This document shows positions 37,678 through 43,916 of a DNA stretch of 53,637 nucleotides, one piece after another. The translations under genes were made by a program, and so were the position numbers. The notes under the pieces are model-generated. The model was not told the DNA's origin, did not search any database, and saw nothing but the letters and a program-made list of their open reading frames with translations. How positions within the stretch are numbered: the first letter of the stretch is position 1; each line of letters begins with the position of its first letter. The DNA comes from Clostridia bacterium (GTDB lineage: Bacteria; Bacillota; Clostridia; Christensenellales; QALW01). The stretch spans positions 1-53,637 of the forward strand of contig JAZSMS010000007.1 of NCBI GenBank assembly GCA_045536015.1. The letters run 5' to 3'.

Positions 37678-38808
37678 TTATAATAAATTTAATTCTTTAC
37701 GTATCTTTAAAGTTATTCTTTCTATCTCGCCTGCTTTTTCTTCCATATCGGCAATAAGTTTTAACTGTGTTCTTGCTCTATCAAGATTTTGTTTTGCACG
37801 ATGAATAATATAATAAGTGTCACCGTTAATATAATCGGTTAAAAATCTTATTCCGTCTTCAATAGTAATTATTCTGGATGCCCAAGGAAGAAGTTCTATT
37901 TCTTCTTTAGTCATAATCTCGCCACAGCTTTCTAAAAAGCCGCGCGTATATTTTTCATACAATTCTAAGTTACAAGATACCCTTGATAAATCACGTTCGT
38001 CGTCACACGCAGTATTGGTACCTATGCGAAGACTGTCACCATAATCGTACAATAACGATGACGGCATAACGGTATCTAGATCGATTACCGCAACCGGCAT
38101 ATTAGTATCTTTATCAAACAAAATATTGTTTAAATTTGTATCATTATGCGTAATACGCGTTGGAATGCGGCCTTCCTCAAGTGCCGATGAAATCATCTTC
38201 ATAATTCCGGTATGGTTGCGAATAAATTCTATCTCCGGCATAACTTCATGCACACGCTCTGCATGGTCTTCTTTTATTGCCCTTTCTAAATCAAGATAAC
38301 GCGAGTAAGTATTATGAAAATTGGGTATTGTTATATTTATCTTTTTTGGATCAATATCACTAACGTCACAGATAAATTTACCAAAACTTTTACCGCAAAG
38401 ATAAAACACCTCTGGGTTTTCGGGAATATCCATCGTATAAACGTGCGAAAAATACGTCATCATTCGCCAACAACCCGTATCTGTTTTAAGATAATCTTCG
38501 CCCGACAACGTTTTGACAATCATCGGAATACTGCCCAATTTATCTCTGTGCCCTTCAAGTAAAAACTTTTCGTGTAAATGCTCTGTTATAAGCACGAAAT
38601 TTTGCATAAGAGCATCCATATCTCTGAAAACGTTTGTATTAACTCTTTGAAGTGTATATCTGTGTCGCTGACCGTCTTCAGTATACGTTTCTACCAAAAA
38701 TGTACGGTTAATATAGCCATTGCCAATATTACGTATGATTTTAACTTTTCCTTTAATTTTAAACTGTCTTGCGATAAGTTCTTTATCGCTTACAAAAACT
38801 TCGGGCAT
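37678..38808 (-). CDS. nahK: N-acetylhexosamine 1-kinase (NahK-like anomeric sugar kinase, APH fold)
   Basis: Blocks recalled from Bifidobacterium NahK: RITHNDTNLNNILFD, VIDLDTVMPSS, YDYGDSLRIG, RFLTDYINGDTYY, NLDRARTQLKLIADMEEKA. SD GGGAGA lies 6 nt before the ATG. Confidence 0.8.
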   Translation of the reverse strand: MPEVFVSDKELIARQFKIKGKVKIIRNIGNGYINRTFLVETYTEDGQRHRYTLQRVNTNVFRDMDALMQNFVLITEHLHEKFLLEGHRDKLGSIPMIVKTLSGEDYLKTDTGCWRMMTYFSHVYTMDIPENPEVFYLCGKSFGKFICDVSDIDPKKINITIPNFHNTYSRYLDLERAIKEDHAERVHEVMPEIEFIRNHTGIMKMISSALEEGRIPTRITHNDTNLNNILFDKDTNMPVAVIDLDTVMPSSLLYDYGDSLRIGTNTACDDERDLSRVSCNLELYEKYTRGFLESCGEIMTKEEIELLPWASRIITIEDGIRFLTDYINGDTYYIIHRAKQNLDRARTQLKLIADMEEKAGEIERITLKIRKELNLL

Positions 38809-38895
38809 TATTATCTCCCTTACGTTTATTAGCTTGAAGACATTTTAATATTTTTTTAACAATTTAAAGTGCAACAAAACACAACAAGCGTTTAT

Positions 38896-38924
38896 ATGAT
38901 AGCATATTTTGTATTGCTCGTCAA
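38896..38924 (-). promoter_or_regulatory. Promoter of the nahK / uridylyltransferase / NTase operon
   Basis: On the minus strand: TTGACG (38924-38919), a 17-nt spacer, then TGcTATCAT (hexamer 38901-38896). The leader is about 85 nt. Confidence 0.5.
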
Positions 38925-39040
38925 TATAAATATCAAAAAACTACTGTATTTACGGCTTTTTTACATTTTTTACACTTTAATACAAAAAAGGTTTCCTTTT
39001 GTTAAGAATGACTTCCTATTAACAAAATATTCATTTTTTC

Positions 39041-39074
39041 CAAAAATAAACAAACCAACCATTTGGTTGGTTTG
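39041..39074 (-). terminator. Intrinsic terminator immediately after the small peptide gene
   Basis: 10-bp stem caaaccaacc (39051-39060) / ggttggtttg (39065-39074) with loop attt. A minus-strand U-rich tract follows (plus-strand ccaaaaataaa, 39041-39050). The hairpin begins 15 nt after the stop codon. Confidence 0.75.
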
Positions 39075-39088
39075 ATAACTTTTTATTA

Positions 39089-39199
39089 TTAATCTATTTG
39101 TACATAAGTAACTTCTGTCTCAGCACCAGAGCTATAATTTAAAACATCCGAAGCTTCTATCTTAATAACTTTAACCTCAGGCTTAACGTAACCTTTCAT
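39089..39199 (-). CDS. 36-aa candidate RiPP precursor peptide MKGYVKPEVKVIKIEASDVLNYSSGAETEVTYVQID
   Basis: Too short for the ORF track. ATG 39199-39197, TAA 39091-39089, SD GAGG (39210-39207) 7 nt upstream. It has its own consensus promoter and terminator. A YxxPxV motif occupies residues 4-9. It lies divergent to and adjacent to a PqqD gene. Confidence 0.7.
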   Translation of the reverse strand: MKGYVKPEVKVIKIEASDVLNYSSGAETEVTYVQID

Positions 39200-39255
39200 A
39201 ACAAAACCTCACTAACATTTTAATATGTTCGAGTACAAATTCATAAGTTATTTTT

Positions 39256-39284
39256 ATTATAACCTAACACCTATTAGTAGTCAA
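39256..39284 (-). promoter_or_regulatory. Consensus sigma-A promoter of the small peptide gene
   Basis: On the minus strand: TTGACT (39284-39279), a 17-nt spacer, then TATAAT (39261-39256). Confidence 0.65.
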
Positions 39285-39330
39285 GCATTTTTTATATTTT
39301 ATTAACACTTTATTTATATTTAAAACTTTG

Positions 39331-39359
39331 TTGTGTTTTTTTTTAATGTGGTATATAAT
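39331..39359 (+). promoter_or_regulatory. Promoter of the pqqD-like / peptidase genes
   Basis: TTGTGT (39331-39336), a 17-nt spacer, then TATAAT (39354-39359). Alternatively TGgTATATA read as an extended -10. Confidence 0.4.
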
Positions 39360-39389
39360 ATAGTCATAAAAGTTGTTGGAGGAAATACA

Positions 39390-39662
39390 ATGAAACTTAA
39401 AAAAGGTTTTGTTCTTCGTAAGGTTGCTGGAATGACGGTTGTTACTGCTACAGATTCTACCTGTGATTTTGATGGTATGATAACTTTAAACGAATCAGCA
39501 GAGTTAATGTGGAACAGACTTATTCTTGGTGCCACGATCTCTGACCTTGCCGACATCTTACTTAGCGAATATGACGTTGATAAACAAACTGCTATCAATG
39601 ATGCATCTGATTTTGTAAAACTTCTTAAAGAAAACGGAATTTTAGATGAAAGTACCAATTAA
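39390..39662 (+). CDS. PqqD-family protein (RiPP recognition element / peptide chaperone)
   Basis: Refined start at ATG 39390 (GGAGGA 39378-39383). The 90-aa sequence ITLNESAELMWNRLILGATISDLADILLSEYDVDKQTAINDASDFVKLLKENGIL matches the PqqD winged-helix pattern. Confidence 0.8.
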   Translation: MKLKKGFVLRKVAGMTVVTATDSTCDFDGMITLNESAELMWNRLILGATISDLADILLSEYDVDKQTAINDASDFVKLLKENGILDESTN

Positions 39663-40065
39663 TGAGCTTATCCCCTTAATTGAAGAATGTGCCGCAAATA
39701 ACGGCGCGTATTTTTCGCCTACCGGTATTAGTATGCTTCCCACTATAAAAAATGGCGATAAGGTTTTTTTGATAAAGCGCAACTTAAAAAAGAACGATAT
39801 AGTTTTTTACCGAAAAAACGGAGCAGCTACTATGCACCGCGCAATAAAGATAAATAGCGACTTTTTTATAGCACGCGGGGATAATCAATTTTGGACCGAA
39901 AACGTTAAATTTGAAGATATTATTGCCGTTGTTGACCATTATTTTCATAACGGAAAACGTATTAACTGCGATAGTTTTATATTTAAGTTTAATACTTTTT
40001 TTCTTCCCGTCACACGCGTTTTAAGACGCATTTTGCGTAAGTTTGGACTTTTAAATATTGCATAA
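39646..40065 (+). CDS. Soluble S24/S26-fold peptidase, SipW/ER-type (Ser-His) signature
   Basis: Motifs GISMLPTIKNGDKV (Ser box), ATMHRAIKI (His where bacterial SPase I has Lys) and ARGDNQ (GDN box). There is no N-terminal TM segment. Overlaps the PqqD gene by 17 nt. Confidence 0.65.
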   Translation: MKVPINELIPLIEECAANNGAYFSPTGISMLPTIKNGDKVFLIKRNLKKNDIVFYRKNGAATMHRAIKINSDFFIARGDNQFWTENVKFEDIIAVVDHYFHNGKRINCDSFIFKFNTFFLPVTRVLRRILRKFGLLNIA

Positions 40066-40086
40066 AATTAAATAAAATGCTATAAT
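40058..40086 (+). promoter_or_regulatory. Internal promoter in front of rfbA
   Basis: TTGCAT (40058-40063), a 17-nt spacer, then TGcTATAAT (hexamer 40081-40086). Confidence 0.5.
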
Positions 40087-40114
40087 TTACTTACCTTATT
40101 TTTTGGAGGTTTAT

Positions 40115-41008
40115 ATGATAAGAAAAAAAACAAAAGGTATAATTCTTGCAGGCGGCAAGGGCACTCGCCTTTATCCTATGACAAAAGTTGTTTCTAAACA
40201 GCTTTTATCTGTTTACGATAAGCCACTTATCTACTATCCCCTCTCTACACTTTTCCTTGCAGGAATTGACGAAATTTTAATAATTTCAACGCCTGAAGAT
40301 ACACCAAATTATCAGCGCCTTTTAGGTGACGGTTCTTCGCTTGGTGTCCGTTTTGAATATGCCGTTCAGGATAAGCCCCGAGGTCTTGCCGATGCATTTA
40401 TCATTGGCGAAAAGTTTATTGGTGAAGATAACGTTTGTCTTGTTTTAGGCGACAACGTATTTTATGGTCAAAACTTCTCGCAATTATTATTCAAGGCAAA
40501 GGCAAACGAAAGCGGTGCAACTGTTTTTGGCTACCCTGTTTCTGACCCACGCGCTTTTGGCGTTGTTGAATTTGACGAAAACCTTAAGGTTGTATCCTTA
40601 GAAGAAAAGCCTGCCGAACCAAAGAGCCCCTACGCAGTTCCCGGACTTTATTTTTATGATAACAACGTTGTTGAAATTGCTAAAAACGTTCAGCCTTCTC
40701 CTCGAGGTGAAATTGAAATTACAGCAATTAACAACGAGTATCTTCGCAGGGGCGAGCTTAACGTTGTTTTAATGGGCAGAGGTATGGCTTGGCTTGATAC
40801 CGGTACACCACAAGGTATGCTCACTGCTGCAACGTACGTTCAGTCAATTCAGTCACTTCAGGGCTTTTATATTTCTTGTATAGAAGAAATTGCATGGCGT
40901 CGCGGCTTTATCTCTACCGAGCAATTAATGGCACTTGGCAAGGAGTTAGAATCTACCGAATATGGAAAATACATAATCAACCTTGCTATAAAGGATAGAA
41001 AATTTTGA
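40115..41008 (+). CDS. rfbA: Glucose-1-phosphate thymidylyltransferase (RmlA/RfbA)
   Basis: Refined start at ATG 40115 (GGAGG 40105-40109). Motifs [54 protein letters not shown]. No rmlB, rmlC or rmlD in the window. Confidence 0.9.
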   Translation: MIRKKTKGIILAGGKGTRLYPMTKVVSKQLLSVYDKPLIYYPLSTLFLAGIDEILIISTPEDTPNYQRLLGDGSSLGVRFEYAVQDKPRGLADAFIIGEKFIGEDNVCLVLGDNVFYGQNFSQLLFKAKANESGATVFGYPVSDPRAFGVVEFDENLKVVSLEEKPAEPKSPYAVPGLYFYDNNVVEIAKNVQPSPRGEIEITAINNEYLRRGELNVVLMGRGMAWLDTGTPQGMLTAATYVQSIQSLQGFYISCIEEIAWRRGFISTEQLMALGKELESTEYGKYIINLAIKDRKF

Positions 41009-41697
41009 TTAAAACCTATAAAATTGCCGACTTAAAATTAAATATTGACGCATCTTCAATTACCGCACGCAATGGAAAAAAATACGAGGTTGAATTTGAC
41101 CCGAGCGCTATCGAATTAAAATTTTCACCCGAAGCGGCAAAGCGTTTTATTGACGCACACCCTACTGCAGAAATTGAAGATTGGGACTATTTTTTACACG
41201 GTGCAAAATTTTCTTCACTAATGTTAGAAAACGACGGCTTTGTCTTTCACTCATCCGCCATTGCACTTGACGGTCAGGCATTTTTATTCTCTGCTAATTC
41301 AGGTGTAGGCAAATCAACGCACACAAAGCTTTGGAAAAAGGTTTTTGATGACGTTGTTTATATCAATGACGATAAGCCCGCAATTCGCCTTAAAAACGGT
41401 TTATTTTACGTCTACGGCACCCCATGGAGCGGCAAAAGCACGTTAAATTCAAACATTTGCGTTCCTCTTAAGGCAATTTGCTTTATTGAGCGTGCAAAAA
41501 TTAATTCTATCCGCAAGTTAACTCCATTTGAAGCGCTTCCCCGTTTGCTTGAACAGACGATGCGCAAAGCAGGCGAAACAAAAACTGCACGTCTTTTAGA
41601 GTTGTTAGACGTTTTATTAACAACAACACCAATATATTTATTATCATGTCTTCCCAATGAAGACGCGGCAAAACTTGCACACGATACAATGATTTAA
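41005..41697 (+). CDS. HprK-related P-loop kinase-like protein
   Basis: [28 protein letters not shown] follows the pattern of HPr kinase C-terminal / HprK-related kinases (hHAsav...G.a.lf.G.SG.GKST). TTG start at 41005 overlaps the rfbA TGA stop (41006-41008). Confidence 0.6.
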   Translation: MIKTYKIADLKLNIDASSITARNGKKYEVEFDPSAIELKFSPEAAKRFIDAHPTAEIEDWDYFLHGAKFSSLMLENDGFVFHSSAIALDGQAFLFSANSGVGKSTHTKLWKKVFDDVVYINDDKPAIRLKNGLFYVYGTPWSGKSTLNSNICVPLKAICFIERAKINSIRKLTPFEALPRLLEQTMRKAGETKTARLLELLDVLLTTTPIYLLSCLPNEDAAKLAHDTMI

Positions 41698-41727
41698 AAC
41701 CCGAGGTTTAACTTTTTTATTACTAAT

Positions 41728-41758
41728 TGAATATCATATAATAAATATGGTGATAATC
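41728..41758 (+). promoter_or_regulatory. Forespore (sigma-F/G)-type promoter-like element upstream of csfB
   Basis: TGAATA (41728-41733), a 15-nt spacer, then GGTGATAATC (41749-41758). Compared with the remembered sigma-F consensus WGCATA-N15-GGnRAYAMTW. Confidence 0.35.
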
Positions 41759-41775
41759 AAACTGAGGTGATTTAT

Positions 41776-41940
41776 TTGGACGTTTGCTGCATCTGTCAAA
41801 AGGAAAAGCGGGATAATCTTTACATTTTAGGAAAATTAATTTGCGATGATTGTGAGTGGCGCATTTTAAAAGCAAAGGCACATGAGAAATCCTATACACA
41901 CTATTCAAACGGTTTAAAAAAACTTATATGCCAAAAATAA
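41776..41940 (+). CDS. csfB: Anti-sigma-G factor Gin (CsfB)
   Basis: Not on the ORF track. TTG start at 41776, 6 nt after GAGGTGA. The 54-aa product is MDVCCICQKEKRDNLYILGKLICDDCEWRILKAKAHEKSYTHYSNGLKKLICQK. It aligns with B. subtilis CsfB: CVICDQEK...LY.KFICLDCE...Y.FY...LK. Confidence 0.8.
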   Translation: MDVCCICQKEKRDNLYILGKLICDDCEWRILKAKAHEKSYTHYSNGLKKLICQK

Positions 41941-41980
41941 AAACGGTTCAGCTTTTTTGCTGAACCGTTTATTATTTTTT
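41941..41980. terminator. Bidirectional terminator between csfB and the ABC operon
   Basis: cggttcagc (41944-41952), loop tttttt, then gctgaaccg (41959-41967), flanked by A- and T-runs. Confidence 0.8.
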
Positions 41981-43025
41981 AACCTACCATACCTGATCTT
42001 TCGATACTCTGAACAAAGAATCTCTGGCCAAAGCAATATAAAATTACGATAGGTGCAACGTGCATAACCGTACAAGCAGACTGGTAAAGCGAGTTTAAAA
42101 CTGTGTCGCCCTGTATCTGCAATACGCTTGTTACATATGCCGAACCGGCTTCACCAATCTTAGTCGCCATAACCTTTGCCGTGGGGTTTAGCATAGCAAT
42201 ATAGTAAGTATCGTTATACTGCCAAACTATTGCAAAAAGTAAAACCGTAACAAGCATCGGAAGTGCACTTGGAAGCATAACCTGAACAAACGTTCTGAAA
42301 GGACCTGCACCATCGATATATGCAGCTTCTTCAAGTTCTTTGGGCTGGTTAATAAAGTACTGACGAAGCAGGAATATAAACAAGCCGTTACGATACATAG
42401 TAGCTGTTGCCGAAAGCAAACCAATTGCAGTCCAACCGCGAGTTAAATCAATGTTAGGTATTCTATAAAGCTCTTCACCAAATGTAAACATATACATGGG
42501 GTTAAAAGCCTTATATCTGAAAAACATAGCGTAGGTAAGCATCTGAATCGGTACCATAAGTGTAAAGATACACATAAGGAACATAAAGTTGTTACCCTTA
42601 AATTTAAAGCGAGCAAGACCATAAGCTACTACGGTACAAGAACACATCTGTAAAAGGCCAAACCCTATCGAAGTTAAAAACGAATTAAGATAAAGACTTG
42701 GAATATCAGCAAATTTCCACATTGCAACGTATGCGTTAAAATTAATTGTTTTAGGAATAAGTATTACAGTTGGATCATACACGTCTGCACGCGTCATAAA
42801 CGAGGTTATAATCGTTATGAGCATAGGATATATGATAAGATACGCAATACCAATAAGTAAAACTGCTCTTAAAGCACCCCAAAGAATTGAAAACGTACGT
42901 TTTCCAAGTACTACTTTTTTAAACTTTTGCCACTTTGTAAGTGTAGGCGGTACATAGTGATCAACTTCTTCTGCACCAACTTCATTGAACTTTTTAAGTT
43001 CTTCTTTAATAGCCATACTATGCAC
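41979..43025 (-). CDS. Carbohydrate ABC transporter permease (MalG-like) with a 50-aa N-terminal extension
   Basis: Six TM segments and the EAA loop EEAAYIDGAGPFRTFVQVMLP. Confidence 0.85.
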   Translation of the reverse strand: MHSMAIKEELKKFNEVGAEEVDHYVPPTLTKWQKFKKVVLGKRTFSILWGALRAVLLIGIAYLIIYPMLITIITSFMTRADVYDPTVILIPKTINFNAYVAMWKFADIPSLYLNSFLTSIGFGLLQMCSCTVVAYGLARFKFKGNNFMFLMCIFTLMVPIQMLTYAMFFRYKAFNPMYMFTFGEELYRIPNIDLTRGWTAIGLLSATATMYRNGLFIFLLRQYFINQPKELEEAAYIDGAGPFRTFVQVMLPSALPMLVTVLLFAIVWQYNDTYYIAMLNPTAKVMATKIGEAGSAYVTSVLQIQGDTVLNSLYQSACTVMHVAPIVILYCFGQRFFVQSIERSGMVG

Positions 43026-43031
43026 CTCCCT

Positions 43032-43916
43032 TTAATTCTCGTAGTAAACAAGCTTGGACATAATCCATGCAACAATACTGATTACTATTGCAGTGATTAA
43101 GAAATACGTCCAGCTCATAGCCATAATTTCTACCTGGTCAACTTCTTTAACCTTATACAAATAATCAAGCATTGGGTTGTTCATACTACAAAGAACTTCA
43201 ATTAAAGTATAAATGGTGTTAACCAAAATCATAGGGCTTATCATCGGGAATGTTATCTTCCAGAAGTTTTCCCAAGCGGTAGCACCTTCAACCTTTGAAG
43301 ATTCAAATATCGAAGGCGATATGGTTTGCAGACCTGCAAGGAATATAAGTATCGGAACGCCCGAAGCATTTAATATAACCGTTAATTGATCAAACGCTCC
43401 GCTTATTATATTACCAAACGTGCCGCCAAGCGACGCTTTAATATTACCTGCAACGTTCATAGATTGTGCGCCAAGCGCCGCCATTTGTGATTGGTCAACA
43501 CCGACATCTTTTCCTAAAAGCGTAGCAGCAACACCTGCTGAAGTAATAACAGGCATAAACAAGATAGCTCTTGCCAACGTTCTTCCATGGAAATTCTGGT
43601 TTAAAACGTTTGCCATAAGGAAGCTAAATATCAATATACAGGGTACCTGCACTATCATATTTAACCCCGAAGCCTCTAACCTATCAATAAAGTGAGGTTG
43701 AATTACGTTTTCATATGCTTTAAATCCATAAGATTCGATATTGGTAATTCCGGTAACACCGTCAAAAACCTCTACGTTAAATGAAAGTACCAATGCAGTA
43801 TAAATAGGTGATAAAACAAAGAATATAAAACCAAGAAGGAACGGGAGAATGAAAAGCCATCCGTTTAATGAACGTCTTGTCATAAGCCCTAATTTATAAG
43901 TCCTAGGCTTTTTCAT
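43032..43916 (-). CDS. Carbohydrate ABC transporter permease (MalF-like)
   Basis: EAA-like loop ESSKVEGATAWENFWKITFP in a polytopic protein. Confidence 0.85.
   Translation of the reverse strand: MKKPRTYKLGLMTRRSLNGWLFILPFLLGFIFFVLSPIYTALVLSFNVEVFDGVTGITNIESYGFKAYENVIQPHFIDRLEASGLNMIVQVPCILIFSFLMANVLNQNFHGRTLARAILFMPVITSAGVAATLLGKDVGVDQSQMAALGAQSMNVAGNIKASLGGTFGNIISGAFDQLTVILNASGVPILIFLAGLQTISPSIFESSKVEGATAWENFWKITFPMISPMILVNTIYTLIEVLCSMNNPMLDYLYKVKEVDQVEIMAMSWTYFLITAIVISIVAWIMSKLVYYEN

Noticed and set aside
38869-39075. Listed 68-aa plus-strand ORF in the nahK-peptide intergenic region
   Set aside because: It has a non-ATG start, no SD, and an AT-rich low-complexity product. It spans the minus-strand nahK promoter and the peptide terminator hairpin.
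35765-41697. Classification of the peptide locus as a conventional lasso-peptide cluster
   Set aside because: The YxxP leader, PqqD and HprK-like kinase are lasso-like. However, no Asn-synthetase-like cyclase (~600 aa) or transglutaminase-type B2 protease is encoded anywhere in the 53.6-kb window, and position -2 of any plausible core is not Thr.
41723-41908. Listed 61-aa minus-strand ORF
   Set aside because: It is antisense to the well-supported csfB/gin gene, has no SD, and its product resembles no known family.
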